A DNA stretch of 64,000 nucleotides from positions 512,326 to 576,325 of the forward strand of contig JACOUO010000011.1 of the NCBI GenBank assembly GCA_016177845.1, read 5' to 3'. Under the pieces are notes generated by a model. The model saw only the letters and a list, made by a program, of their open reading frames with translations, had not been told where the DNA came from and made no database searches. How positions within the stretch are numbered: position 1 is the stretch's first letter; every line of letters starts with the position of its first letter. Made by a program: the position numbers and the translations under genes. The DNA comes from Deltaproteobacteria bacterium (GTDB lineage Bacteria; Desulfobacterota; GWC2-55-46). This document shows, in pieces, positions 9,275 through 19,150 of this stretch.

Positions 9275-10259
9275 CGCCTTTACCTGACCTTACGAGCTTG
9301 CCTTCCTGCTCGAGCCTTCTCGCTATTTTTATTATTTCCTGCTGTGCCTTTTCCACATCGCTGAGCTTTACGGGGCCTTTTGTCTCCATGTCCTCTCTGA
9401 GCATCTCTGAGGCCCTCTCCGACATGTTCTTCAGGAACTTCTCTCTTATGCCTTCCTCCGCGCCCTTGAGAGCGAAACCAAGGACATCTCCGCTGAGCTC
9501 TTTTATTATAAGCTGCAGGCCCTTGTCGTCTATGCCCATAAGGTCTGAGAATACGAACATTTTCTCCTGTATCTTTATCGCGAGGTCCGGGCTCGCCCTT
9601 TCAATTACATCCATGATATCGCCTTCAAGCTTGGACTCTATCTGGTTGAGTATTTCAGCGGCAGCTTTTACCCCTTCTACTGTCGAGCCCTGTCCGTTCT
9701 CTGCGCTTATCATCTGGTCGCTTAAAAGAAGTTCAAGATCTTTTACCGCAGCCTGCGGTATCCGTTTAAGGGTTGCCACCCTGAGCATTACTTCTCCCCT
9801 GACCCGTTCTTCAGGAAGGGACATGAGCACCTGAGCCGCCCTTTCAGGGTCGAGGTGCACGAGTATGAGCGCGATTATCTGCGGATGCTCTGATTTTACG
9901 ATGTTCGCTATAATAGCGGGGTCCATCCATTTAAGGCTGTCGATTCCGCCTTTGCCGCCCATCTCCCTTGTTATCTGGTCGATTATCTGCTGCGCCCTTT
10001 CAGGACCAAGTGTTTTTGTAATGACATTCCTGGCAAATTCAATGCCTTCTACCATCAGTTCTCCGTTCTTCATGTTCTCGACGAACTCACCGACGACCTG
10101 TTTGCCCACGGAGAGCGGAACTGACTCTTTCCTGACAATGGTGCCTCCGAGCAGATGCATCTCGGCAGGCGACATGAACTTACATACCTCGCTTGCCAGC
10201 TCCTCACCGATATTCATCAATAATATGGCTGCCTTGTCTATTCCTGTTATCTTAGCCAT
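9261..10259 (-). CDS. fliG: Flagellar motor switch protein FliG
   Basis: KAAILL, EHPQIIA, MFVFSDL, NMSERA, GPVKLSDVEKAQ. Confidence 0.97.
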   Translation of the reverse strand: MAKITGIDKAAILLMNIGEELASEVCKFMSPAEMHLLGGTIVRKESVPLSVGKQVVGEFVENMKNGELMVEGIEFARNVITKTLGPERAQQIIDQITREMGGKGGIDSLKWMDPAIIANIVKSEHPQIIALILVHLDPERAAQVLMSLPEERVRGEVMLRVATLKRIPQAAVKDLELLLSDQMISAENGQGSTVEGVKAAAEILNQIESKLEGDIMDVIERASPDLAIKIQEKMFVFSDLMGIDDKGLQLIIKELSGDVLGFALKGAEEGIREKFLKNMSERASEMLREDMETKGPVKLSDVEKAQQEIIKIARRLEQEGKLVRSGKGDVLI

Positions 10260-10265
10260 TGATAT

Positions 10266-11846
10266 TTATCTCTCCTTGATCCAGCCTTTAAGCACCATCG
10301 CAACCTGCTGAGGGTTATCTTTCACAGCCCTCTTTATCTTCTCAAGGCCGTCATCCATGGAGCCTGCCTCAAGCGCAAGCTCTGCGCCTGCGGGCAGACT
10401 TGCCTGAAGTCCCTCTGGCAGAGCATTCTGGTCAGCCGTCTTCTCGCTTTCAGTGAGCTTCTTTGTAATGGGCCTGAGTACGAAGAATATAGCAAGAATA
10501 GCTATAAGAAGAATGCTTGAATATTTTATAATCGAAGGCACCATGTAAGGCGGAATGACAGGGGCCTTTTCAGCCTCCATGCCTGCTTCAGTGTAGTCAG
10601 ACTCAAAAGGAGTGCTTACGACGGTGATAACATCTCCCCTTTGCTGGTCAAAGCCGACTGCGCCTTTTACCATGTCACTGAATTTTGAAATCTCTTCTTC
10701 TGTACGAGCGTTGTACTTCCTCACCTCTTTGCCGTCAGCGCCCTTCGTAGTCTCATAGCTCCCGTCAAGCAGCACGCTTACGGTAAGCCTCTTGATTCCG
10801 CCTAAGGGTTCGACGACATGGCTTGTCACCTTGTTAATTTCGTAATTAATGACCTCATCAGACCTCTGCGACTGCGCAGGCGTTGCGTTAGCCGCAGCAT
10901 TATTCTTGCTCTCGGGAAGATTTGAAAGCACTCCCGGCACGCCCATTACCATTGAGCCGCCGATTGTCTTTTCCCTGTTCCTGTGCTCGCTCCTTATGAC
11001 CTGGCTGTCAGGGTCATAAGTCTCTTCGGTCCTCTCCACATGCTTTGAATCTACATCGACCGCAACCCTTGCCACGACATTATCGACGCCTACTGCCTTC
11101 TCAAGCATTGACTGAAGCCTTGTTTCAAGGTCTTTCTCTATGGACCTCTTGTATTCAAGCTGGGATGATGTGAGCTTGAGGGCATCATCGCCCTCTGAAG
11201 GCTTTGTCCACATCCGCCCGGCAGTATCCACAACCGCGATATCTTCGGGATTGAGATTCTCAGAGCTGTTCGCTACCAGATGCACTATGGAGCTTACCTG
11301 ACCGGGATTAAGCGTTTTACCCTGCTTGAGTTTCACGATGACAGAAGCTGTTGCCTTTTTCTGGTCATCGAGGAAAACCCCTTTTTCAGGCAGTGACAGA
11401 TGGACTCTCGCGTTCTCTATCTCTTTTATCTGCGAGATGGTCCTTGCAAGCTCTCCCTGAAGCGCCCTCTTGTAATTTATCTTCTGAACATAATCCGTTA
11501 CCCCAAAGCTTGTCTTATCAAATATCTCAAAGCCGATACCGCCGCCCTGCGGCAGGCCTTCGCCTGCAAGCTGCATCCTTGTCTCATGCACCTTGTCAGC
11601 GGGAATCGTGATTTTCGAGCCGTCAACTTTGTAAGGTATCTTTTTCTCTTTAAGCTTTTCTATGACCTGCCCGGCGTCTTCCTCTGAAAGCTGTGAGTAA
11701 AGCGTCTGATATTCCGGCCCTTTGTTCCAAAGGAGGAGTACGACCAATGCGGCAATCACAAAAGCGACTACGCCCAGAAGCCCTGCTGTCTTAGCGGGGC
11801 CAAGCTTTTTAAAATGCTCCTGTATGTTTGCAAAGCTCAAAGCCAT
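10266..11846 (-). CDS. fliF: Flagellar M-ring protein FliF
   Basis: Two TMs, GFEIFDK, RALQGELARTI, ARVHL, ASVIV, NYEI. Confidence 0.97.
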   Translation of the reverse strand: MALSFANIQEHFKKLGPAKTAGLLGVVAFVIAALVVLLLWNKGPEYQTLYSQLSEEDAGQVIEKLKEKKIPYKVDGSKITIPADKVHETRMQLAGEGLPQGGGIGFEIFDKTSFGVTDYVQKINYKRALQGELARTISQIKEIENARVHLSLPEKGVFLDDQKKATASVIVKLKQGKTLNPGQVSSIVHLVANSSENLNPEDIAVVDTAGRMWTKPSEGDDALKLTSSQLEYKRSIEKDLETRLQSMLEKAVGVDNVVARVAVDVDSKHVERTEETYDPDSQVIRSEHRNREKTIGGSMVMGVPGVLSNLPESKNNAAANATPAQSQRSDEVINYEINKVTSHVVEPLGGIKRLTVSVLLDGSYETTKGADGKEVRKYNARTEEEISKFSDMVKGAVGFDQQRGDVITVVSTPFESDYTEAGMEAEKAPVIPPYMVPSIIKYSSILLIAILAIFFVLRPITKKLTESEKTADQNALPEGLQASLPAGAELALEAGSMDDGLEKIKRAVKDNPQQVAMVLKGWIKER

Positions 11847-11849
11847 GGA

Positions 11850-12152
11850 TTATACCTGTGTCCTCATGATTTCTTCGTATGCCTGCACAAGCTTGTTCCT
11901 GACCTGCACCATCATGTTAAATGACAGGTTAGCCTTCTCTACCGCTATCATTGTGTCATGTATATTGGTCACTTCCCCTTTTGCAAGGCCTTGCATTGCC
12001 TGGTCAGCCTCTGTCTGGAGATTATTCACTTTCTCTATCGAATCCTTCAGCACAGTGCTGAATGTGTCGTTGCCGCCAATGGGATTTAAGTTATCCTTAA
12101 CGGAATTAAGCGCTGCCTTGGCAGCTAATCCAGCACCTTTGATTGACTCCAT
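11850..12152 (-). CDS. fliE: Flagellar hook-basal body protein FliE
   Basis: QVRNKLVQAYEEIMRTQV C-terminus. Confidence 0.96.
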   Translation of the reverse strand: MESIKGAGLAAKAALNSVKDNLNPIGGNDTFSTVLKDSIEKVNNLQTEADQAMQGLAKGEVTNIHDTMIAVEKANLSFNMMVQVRNKLVQAYEEIMRTQV

Positions 12153-12186
12153 TTTTCAAGCCCTCCTGAATCGTTTCTGAATAATT

Positions 12187-12615
12187 CTATTGGCCTATCT
12201 CAAGCGCCTTTAAAGCCATGTCCCTTGTCGACTTGAAAGCCGTAACATTAGCCTCATAGCTTCGCGAGGCCGCTATCATATTGACCATCTCTTCAGCCAC
12301 ATTCACATTCGGATAAGCCACATAGCCCTTTGCGTCAGCATCAGGATGAGTCGGCTCATAGGAGTATTTAAGCGGCCTCTGGTCATCAATAATGCCGGTG
12401 ACCTTTACTCCGATGTTATAGTTATTGAGGCTGGTCTTAAGCATGCTATCAAAGCCGTTTGCGTTCTGGGACTCAAATACGATGTCCTTTCTCCTGTACG
12501 CTCCGCCGTCCGCCGTCCTTGTGGTTTCAACATTGGCGAGGTTTGAGGCCACTACATTCATCCTGAGCCTCTGCGCCTCCATCCCTGACGCGCTTACTGA
12601 AAAAATATCGAACAT
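12187..12615 (-). CDS. flgC: Flagellar basal-body rod protein FlgC
   Basis: ASNLANVETT, YRRK, PTHPDADAKGYV, ASRSYEAN. Confidence 0.97.
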   Translation of the reverse strand: MFDIFSVSASGMEAQRLRMNVVASNLANVETTRTADGGAYRRKDIVFESQNANGFDSMLKTSLNNYNIGVKVTGIIDDQRPLKYSYEPTHPDADAKGYVAYPNVNVAEEMVNMIAASRSYEANVTAFKSTRDMALKALEIGQ

Positions 12616-12618
12616 GGA

Positions 12619-13035
12619 TTATCTGCCCCCTTCCTTGATGGCTGTCATCAAGAGGTTAAATTTGGTTTTAAGCATCTTTGCCGAAATATTATAATTGAGG
12701 GAATTTTCCGAAAGCCTCACCATCTCGCCTTCAATGCCTACCGAATTCTTGTCATAACTTACAATCTCAGTTGCCCTGTCGCCTATGAGCGGATTCCCGG
12801 CAATACCGTTGCCTATGGGTATGTGCCTGGGGCTGGTGCTTACAAGCACCGTATCAGCAGTGCCGCTCTCCCTTTTTTTAAGCTCGTTCTCAAAATTCAG
12901 GTCCACGGCCCGGTAGCCCGGTGTCTCCTGATTGGCTATGTTTGACGCAAGGAGTTTTTGTCTCGAAGCCCTCAGGTCAAGAGCGTTCCCAAGGAGTGAC
13001 ATTGTATTGTCGAATAAACCGCCGGCCATGAGCAT
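12619..13035 (-). CDS. flgB: Flagellar basal-body rod protein FlgB
   Basis: ASNIANQETPGYRA, DKNSV; ATG at 13029 is an alternative start with better SD spacing. Confidence 0.95.
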   Translation of the reverse strand: MLMAGGLFDNTMSLLGNALDLRASRQKLLASNIANQETPGYRAVDLNFENELKKRESGTADTVLVSTSPRHIPIGNGIAGNPLIGDRATEIVSYDKNSVGIEGEMVRLSENSLNYNISAKMLKTKFNLLMTAIKEGGR

Positions 13036-13068
13036 TTTCCTTTCTTAAAGAAATATGACTAAAAGAAT

Positions 13069-13084
13069 TGCAATAAATGTACCA
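13069..13084 (-). promoter_or_regulatory. sigma54 promoter of flgB operon
   Basis: Minus strand TGGTACATTTATTGCA, with GG/GC at correct -24/-12 spacing. Confidence 0.82.
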
Positions 13085-13134
13085 AGATTTAAAATTATTT
13101 TACAAATACGGAAATGAATTAAAAAAATGGAAAC

Positions 13135-13172
13135 ACCGGGCAAAATCTTCCCTAACCGGGCAGATTTTGCCC
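13135..13172. promoter_or_regulatory. Tandem enhancer sites (20-bp period) for flgB promoter
   Basis: ACCGGGCAAAATCTTCCC and ACCGGGCAGATTTTGCCC. The second copy lies inside the 3' end of the upstream regulator gene. Confidence 0.6.
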
Positions 13173-14498
13173 ATATTCCTTAAGTTTATTGCGCAGTGTC
13201 CGGACTGATATGCCCAGAAGCTCCGCAGCCCTTGTCCTGTTCCCTGAAACATCATCCAGAGTTTTGCAGATCAAATCCTTCTCCATTGCCCAGAGCGTCA
13301 TATTATTGGCTGATTCGTTGACAGGTGACGGTGTTTTTGTCTCTTCCGTGTCTTCCCAATCAGTGCATATCTGAAGATGCTCAAGCTCAAGTGTTTTTCC
13401 CTGGCTTATCAGTACCGCCCTCTCAAGCGTATTTTCCATCTCCCTGATATTGCCACGCCACTCGCACTCGGTTATGTAATCAAGCGCCTCCTTTGAAATT
13501 CCTTCAAGGTGCCTTGAATATTTGCGATTAAATTTGTTCATGAAATATTCGGCAAGATAGACGATGTCCTCTCCCCTGTCCCTTAAAGGCAGAAGCGTGA
13601 GAGGAAAAATATTGAGCCTGTAGAAAAGGTCTTCCCTGAACCTTCCTTCCCTGACCTCTTTTCTCATGTCCCTGTTCGTTGTAGCTATTATCCTGATATC
13701 AAGCGGCACCGGATTTTTTCCGCCGAGCCTTTCGACCTCTTTTTCCTGTATTACCCTTAAGAGCTTCGCCTGAAGTTTAAGGTCCATCTCGCTTATCTCA
13801 TCAAGGAGTATTGTGCCTGTGTTTGCCTGCTCGAATTTGCCCTGCCTCTGCGTAAGCGCACCCGTGAATGAACCCTTCTCATGCCCGAAAAGCTCGCTTT
13901 CGAGCAGCCCATCCGGGATTGAAGCGCAGTTTACCGCAACAAAAGGCTTATCCGCCCTTGTGCTGTTATTGTGTATGAACCTTGCCAGAAGCTCCTTGCC
14001 TGTCCCGCTCTCTCCTGCTATCAATACAGTCGCGTCGCTTGTAGCGGCAACAGAGGCCATGGACATAAGCCTTCTCATCGAAGGGTCTCTGGTTATCATC
14101 TGCTTGCCCTTTGCGTCAACGCAGCTCTCAGTCGCCTGTGACTGTTTAAACGCCTTCTCTACAGTTGTCTCCAGAGATTCAAGGGAGAAAGGTTTCAGAA
14201 CAAAATCCATTGCCCCTTCTTTTACAGCCTCTACCGCCTTTTGAATCGTGCCGAACGCGGTGATAAGGAGGACCGGAACATGCGGGGATTTCCTCTTTAC
14301 TTCCTTAAGCACATCCATGCCGCCGGCTCCCGGCATCTGCATGTCGCTTATGACCATTCCGTAGTTGTGTTCGCGTATCCTGGTAATGCCATCCCTGCCG
14401 TCCTCGGCAAGCTCAACCGTATAGCCCTTGCGTTCAAGAGCCTCGCTTATGGCAAACCTCATATCCGCTTCATCATCAACTACGAGGATGCTCCTCAT
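13152..14498 (-). CDS. sigma54-dependent response regulator (FleR/FlrC/FlgR-like)
   Basis: REC domain (VVDD...SDMQMP), GESGTGKE, GSFTGA, FREDLFYRL, C-terminal Fis-type HTH. Confidence 0.92.
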   Translation of the reverse strand: MRSILVVDDEADMRFAISEALERKGYTVELAEDGRDGITRIREHNYGMVISDMQMPGAGGMDVLKEVKRKSPHVPVLLITAFGTIQKAVEAVKEGAMDFVLKPFSLESLETTVEKAFKQSQATESCVDAKGKQMITRDPSMRRLMSMASVAATSDATVLIAGESGTGKELLARFIHNNSTRADKPFVAVNCASIPDGLLESELFGHEKGSFTGALTQRQGKFEQANTGTILLDEISEMDLKLQAKLLRVIQEKEVERLGGKNPVPLDIRIIATTNRDMRKEVREGRFREDLFYRLNIFPLTLLPLRDRGEDIVYLAEYFMNKFNRKYSRHLEGISKEALDYITECEWRGNIREMENTLERAVLISQGKTLELEHLQICTDWEDTEETKTPSPVNESANNMTLWAMEKDLICKTLDDVSGNRTRAAELLGISVRTLRNKLKEYGQNLPG

Positions 14499-15328
14499 AT
14501 CCTGTACTCCTTCTCTGCTTGAATAGGCAGGCCTATAAGGAATGTAGTTCCCGCATTCCTTACGGATGCTACATCTATGTAGCCTTTATGGGAGTTTATG
14601 ACATTTGAGACAATGGAAAGGCCAAGCCCTGTCCCCCTGTCCTTTGTTGAGAAGAACGGGTCAAATATCCTGTCTATATGCTCCTGGTCTATTCCGCTGC
14701 CCGTATCCTTAACCTCTACCTCCACTGAATTGGAAGAGCCGTTTACCCTTGTCCTTACACTCAGAGTCCCGACCTCTCCGATTGCGTCAAAGGCATTAAG
14801 GAAAAGGTTTATGAACATCTGCCTCAGCTGTGCCTCATCGCCCATTATCAATGTGTTGCCTTCGAATTCGATTATGACATCTACCCCTTCCTTGTCATGG
14901 CCTCTGGCAAGCAGGAGAGAATCCTCGATGACTTCGGTGAGGTTTGTCTTCTGAAGCCTTGAGCCCGGGGAATTGGCGAAGAGAAGCATGTTGGTAAGTA
15001 TGTTATCAAGGGTCTTTACCCCTTTAGTGATCCGTTCTGCCAGCCTCTTTTTTGCGCCATCCGTTTCAAGCTCCCTTTCAAGGATACTTGCGATAAGCGA
15101 CATCGAACCGAGAGGGTTTCTTATCTCATGGGCTATCTTTGCCGCCATCTCGCCCATTGCGGCAAGCCGCCTGTTCCTCTCCATTGCCCTGTTCTTTTCC
15201 GCCAGCTCTTCGTTAAGCTCTTCTATCTTGTTCTCCAGCTTTGCGTACTGCCCTTCAAGCTTGCGGGAAGCGTCTTTAAAGATATTGAATGCATCATTCA
15301 AAAGCTCGACTTGTGTGTTCACTACCAT
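14495..15328 (-). CDS. Cytoplasmic histidine kinase (FleS/FlrB/FlgS-like)
   Basis: AHEIRNPL H-box, NLFLNA, DTGSG, FDPFFSTK, GTGLGL; only a short coiled coil N-terminal; overlaps the regulator start (ATGA). Confidence 0.92.
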   Translation of the reverse strand: MVVNTQVELLNDAFNIFKDASRKLEGQYAKLENKIEELNEELAEKNRAMERNRRLAAMGEMAAKIAHEIRNPLGSMSLIASILERELETDGAKKRLAERITKGVKTLDNILTNMLLFANSPGSRLQKTNLTEVIEDSLLLARGHDKEGVDVIIEFEGNTLIMGDEAQLRQMFINLFLNAFDAIGEVGTLSVRTRVNGSSNSVEVEVKDTGSGIDQEHIDRIFDPFFSTKDRGTGLGLSIVSNVINSHKGYIDVASVRNAGTTFLIGLPIQAEKEYRI

Positions 15329-15344
15329 CTTCGACCACTCCCTT

Positions 15345-17411
15345 TTAAAGATTGTTCGCCGATTCCTTGAATATCGGGCCGGCCCAATTGCCGTACTCGT
15401 TGTTTAAAGCCTTAAGCTCTTCCACAGCGCCTTTATTTTCGTCCTTTTTGTTCAATTTCGAATAGCTCTGGGCAATGCGGTAGATAGCCCAGGATTTGTC
15501 CTGGCTTTTTTCCTCTTTAATCAATGAGGCCGCCTTTCTGTATCCTGCGATTGCCTTATCGTAATTCTTCAGCTCAAAATCCAGGTCAGCCATTTTTAAA
15601 TAGGCATTTACGCAGCGCTCGAAATTACCGCCATCTTCAAAGGTCTTTCCTGCCTTTTCATAAATAGACAGCGCATCCTTGAGCCTGCCTAGCTTCACAA
15701 AAGAAGAGGCCTTGACCATCATGTCTTCCGGGTCTGAGAGCAGGGCCTTTGATTCAGCGACTTTCCTGTTTTCGCCCCTCATGTACGCTATCCTGATAAA
15801 GATTTCATTCACCTCAGGCAAATGGGCGCTTTTAGGAAAGCGTGCAGCAAAATTACGGTAGAGCCTTTCAGTAGCCTCGAAATCCCTTTGCGCGATATAA
15901 ACCTTGCCAAGCGAGAACATGGCCTCTTCAGCAGTATTCCCGCTGCTTATCTTTATTGCGTTGTCAAAGCTTGAGACAGCTTCGGCAAAGAGCCCTAAAG
16001 CTACATATGCCTTGCCAGACCTCAGATAGGTCTCTCCCTTTTTACCGAATGGAATACTCTCCCCGAAGATATTCATTACCTTTATAACCCCGTAATAGTC
16101 ACCGGCATTGTAAAGTGATTCCGTCCATTGGAATACAAGGTCGTATGTGATTGAGCGCAATGTTGCCCGGATCGGGCTTGTGGGATATCTTTTGTCAAAG
16201 GCGGCCATATCAGCCAGGGCCTCATTGAATTTGCCGAGCTTCATGCGCGTAAGCACAAGACCTATATTGGCTATCTCTGTGCCCGCATAATCCCCCTCGG
16301 TAATCCTCTCGTAGATATCTTCTGCCTTGGTGAGCGAGTCAATATCGCTGTTCAATGTAAGGGCATCCGCCAGAGAAAACCCTGCCATTGCCCATTCTTC
16401 GCCTTTGAGCTTCTCATTCTGTTTTACTTTGGTATATACGGCAACAGCTTCATTGATTCTGCCTTCAGCAAGATAGGCATCGCCTATCTTCAGGGCGAAA
16501 AGCCTTGAGAGGAACTCGCTCTTGGCGTACTTGAAGCGCATATTCTCAAATATGGTGCGGGCCTCGTCAAAATGCCCCTTGATGATATACATGTCACCAA
16601 GGCTTAAACGGTTGAGGGAATCAGAATATTCGGCACCCTTGGCATTCTCGCTGTAGAGCTTCCATGCCTCTTCGGTCTCACCCTTTACAAGAAGAGTATT
16701 TGCAAGCCATACCGCGGAGCCCGGAAAACCTGCCTGAAGATTGGTCTGGAATAATCTTTTTGCCTCATCGAGCTTTCCCTGATAGAACAATATCTTAGCC
16801 TTCTCGAATAAGGCGGCTGATACAATAAAGCCCTCTTTTTTCTCTCTTGCTATCCTTGAAAAATATCCGAGCGCTTCAGGGTGAAAGCCTTTTTTTTCAT
16901 ACTCGGAGCCAAGCAGGAAATATCCGAGCTGATTGTAAGGGCCTTCCGGATGAAACTTTAAAAGGTTCTCAAGCTCTTTTATCTTCGCTGTCTTATCGCT
17001 TGCAGCTATTTTGGCTATGTTTTTGATTATCTCTGAGTTTGTGTTATCTCCTGTAGAGGCAAGGACGGAGGCTACTCTGCCCATATCGTTTATAATCGAG
17101 GCTCTTTCGGTTGAAGCAAGGTTCAGCTCATTTTGAAATACACGCCATTTAAGCGTCTCATTGGCGTTGAGCTCCTCCTTGAGGATAGCCATTGCCTTTT
17201 TCCTGTATGTCGATCTCCAGCTGTCATTGAATGCTACCCTCTTCTGGAGCATGACTTTTTCTGTTTCTTTCTGAAGCTCTTGAGAAGTGAGCTCAGGTGA
17301 TTTTGGTTTCACCTGAGCTTTTTGGGGATGGCTATGCGAAGAAGCGGGCTTTGCCGCTAAAGAGGGCTGTATAAGAAGTAACATCCATATGATTGCAATT
17401 AAAAACTTCAT
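15345..17411 (-). CDS. Exported tetratricopeptide-repeat protein
   Basis: Signal peptide MKFLIAIIWMLLLIQPSLA and many TPR-like helical repeats. ORF-track start 17474 lies inside the sigma54 promoter, so 17411 is preferred. Confidence 0.85.
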   Translation of the reverse strand: MKFLIAIIWMLLLIQPSLAAKPASSHSHPQKAQVKPKSPELTSQELQKETEKVMLQKRVAFNDSWRSTYRKKAMAILKEELNANETLKWRVFQNELNLASTERASIINDMGRVASVLASTGDNTNSEIIKNIAKIAASDKTAKIKELENLLKFHPEGPYNQLGYFLLGSEYEKKGFHPEALGYFSRIAREKKEGFIVSAALFEKAKILFYQGKLDEAKRLFQTNLQAGFPGSAVWLANTLLVKGETEEAWKLYSENAKGAEYSDSLNRLSLGDMYIIKGHFDEARTIFENMRFKYAKSEFLSRLFALKIGDAYLAEGRINEAVAVYTKVKQNEKLKGEEWAMAGFSLADALTLNSDIDSLTKAEDIYERITEGDYAGTEIANIGLVLTRMKLGKFNEALADMAAFDKRYPTSPIRATLRSITYDLVFQWTESLYNAGDYYGVIKVMNIFGESIPFGKKGETYLRSGKAYVALGLFAEAVSSFDNAIKISSGNTAEEAMFSLGKVYIAQRDFEATERLYRNFAARFPKSAHLPEVNEIFIRIAYMRGENRKVAESKALLSDPEDMMVKASSFVKLGRLKDALSIYEKAGKTFEDGGNFERCVNAYLKMADLDFELKNYDKAIAGYRKAASLIKEEKSQDKSWAIYRIAQSYSKLNKKDENKGAVEELKALNNEYGNWAGPIFKESANNL

Positions 17412-17466
17412 TGTTGAGTATCTGTCCCAGGTGTTTTTATAAAAAAATAACACGGACATGATACAT

Positions 17467-17482
17467 AGCAACAACTATGCCA
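17467..17482 (-). promoter_or_regulatory. sigma54 promoter of TPR-kinase-regulator operon
   Basis: Minus strand TGGCATAGTTGTTGCT. Confidence 0.85.
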
Positions 17483-17637
17483 AGATGTGAACAGACAGAG
17501 ATTTATGGGATTTGAAAAAGATAAAAACTTAATTAATTCGAATAGTTAGAGGAAATAGTTCTGATAAGATTTGACTGTGGATAAAATCACGCCACTTAGA
17601 TCAAAAGGCTTTTATGACAGGTAAAAACCAACTGAAT

Positions 17638-17651
17638 GTCAAGATTATGAC
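17638..17651. promoter_or_regulatory. FleQ-type enhancer palindrome GTCA-N6-TGAC
   Basis: GTCAAGATTATGAC about 155 bp upstream of the sigma54 promoter, overlapping the stop codon of the upstream regulator. Confidence 0.6.
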
Positions 17652-19075
17652 CCTGCCAATTCAGTCTGTTCAGAGGCCTCGGTAGCCTCTGCAGGGTCAA
17701 GGAGACCCTTTCTCTTCATCTTCTCAATAAGGGTAGTCCTGTTAAGCCCAAGGTACTCCGCTGCCTTCTTTTTGACCCCATTTACCTGATTGAGAGCATT
17801 GATTATGAGGTCCTTTTCAAAATTATCCACAGCGCTGTTGAAATCAACGCCTTCCGGAGGAAGACTGAAATTTACAGGCACGGCAACAAGCTCTGTCTTG
17901 GTCTGCCTTATCTTCTCAGGCAGATCTTTGGGCGTGATATAGCTGTCCTCGTCCTTTAATACTACAAGGCGCTCCACAAGGTTTTCAAGTTCCCTGATAT
18001 TGCCTGGCCAATCATAGGCCTCAAACATCCTGACGGTCTCAGAGGTTATTCCCTTGACCGTTTTCTTCTTTCTTGTGGTTATCTTTTCAATGAAATGCTC
18101 AAGAAGTGCCGGGATATCCTCTTTCCTGCTCCTGAGGGGCGGAAGATGGATGGGGATTACATTAAGGCGATAATAAAGGTCATTCCTGAACTTCTTTTCC
18201 TCGACTGCCTTTTCAAGGTCCTGATTTGTAGCCGCAACTACCCTGACATCGACCTTTATGGAATTCCTGCCGCCTACCCTCTCAAATTCCTTCTCCTGCA
18301 GGACCCTCAATATCTTGACCTGAAGCCCCGGGCTCATATCCCCGATCTCATCAAGAAATACAGTGCCGTTATTGGCTGCCTCGAACCTGCCTATCTTTGT
18401 TGCTATGGCCCCTGTAAAAGCTCCCTTTTCATAGCCGAAAAGCTCGCTTTCAAGCAGATCCTCGGGTATTGCACCGCAGTTGATGGGGACAAATGGCTTA
18501 CTGTTGCGCGTACTTCCGTAATGCAGGGCCCTTGCCACAAGCTCCTTGCCTGTCCCGCTTTCCCCAAGTATCAGGACGGTTGAGTCTGTATCAGCAATTT
18601 TGTCAATTATATCGCGTATTTTCTGGATTTCTAAGCTTGTTCCGAGGATGGCTGTGGTGCAGTTCTTCTTTATTTCGTTCTTAAGCTTGTTATTTTCCTG
18701 CTTAAGACTGAATACCTCGTTGGCTTTTTCAATGGTTACAAGAAGTTCATCTTTTCCAAAGGGTTTTTTCAGATAGGTAAAAGCGCCTACCCTCATGGCC
18801 TCAACAGCTGTCTCAACAGTAGCGTAGCCGGTAAGTATTATGCAGGCGGTATTTGGAGAGATGGCCTTTACATTGCGGATGACTTCTATACCGCTCATGC
18901 CCGGGAGCCTTAAATCAGTGAGCACGACACTAAAGTCATTCTTCTTCGCGGCATTTATTCCTTCTTCGCCGTTTGCCGCTGTTACAACTTTATAGCCGTT
19001 CATCTCAAGTATTTCGCTTAAGTTCTCACGAATATACTCTTCATCCTCAACTAAAAGGATATGCCGCTCTCCCAT
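17645..19075 (-). CDS. sigma54-dependent response regulator, probable flagellar master regulator (FleQ/FlrA-like)
   Basis: REC with intact Asp (LTDLRLPG), GESGTGKE, GAFTGA, LGLNRTTLIEKMKR HTH typical of FleQ/FlrA. Start 19075 has an AGGAG SD; ORF-track start 19123 overlaps the -10 box. Confidence 0.9.
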   Translation of the reverse strand: MGERHILLVEDEEYIRENLSEILEMNGYKVVTAANGEEGINAAKKNDFSVVLTDLRLPGMSGIEVIRNVKAISPNTACIILTGYATVETAVEAMRVGAFTYLKKPFGKDELLVTIEKANEVFSLKQENNKLKNEIKKNCTTAILGTSLEIQKIRDIIDKIADTDSTVLILGESGTGKELVARALHYGSTRNSKPFVPINCGAIPEDLLESELFGYEKGAFTGAIATKIGRFEAANNGTVFLDEIGDMSPGLQVKILRVLQEKEFERVGGRNSIKVDVRVVAATNQDLEKAVEEKKFRNDLYYRLNVIPIHLPPLRSRKEDIPALLEHFIEKITTRKKKTVKGITSETVRMFEAYDWPGNIRELENLVERLVVLKDEDSYITPKDLPEKIRQTKTELVAVPVNFSLPPEGVDFNSAVDNFEKDLIINALNQVNGVKKKAAEYLGLNRTTLIEKMKRKGLLDPAEATEASEQTELAGS

Positions 19076-19121
19076 AAAAAAATCTCCTAAGTTGCTGTCA
19101 TAAAGGGGGTTTCGCTCGTGC

Positions 19122-19150
19122 ATTATACCGAATGCCTATAGGCATGTCAA
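19122..19150 (-). promoter_or_regulatory. Consensus sigma70 promoter of the FleQ-like regulator
   Basis: Minus strand TTGACA-17 bp-TATAAT, exact consensus. Confidence 0.88.

Noticed and set aside
154..15407. Many plus-strand ORFs over the flagellar genes
   Set aside because: Antisense shadows of well-supported minus-strand genes, with no recognisable motifs
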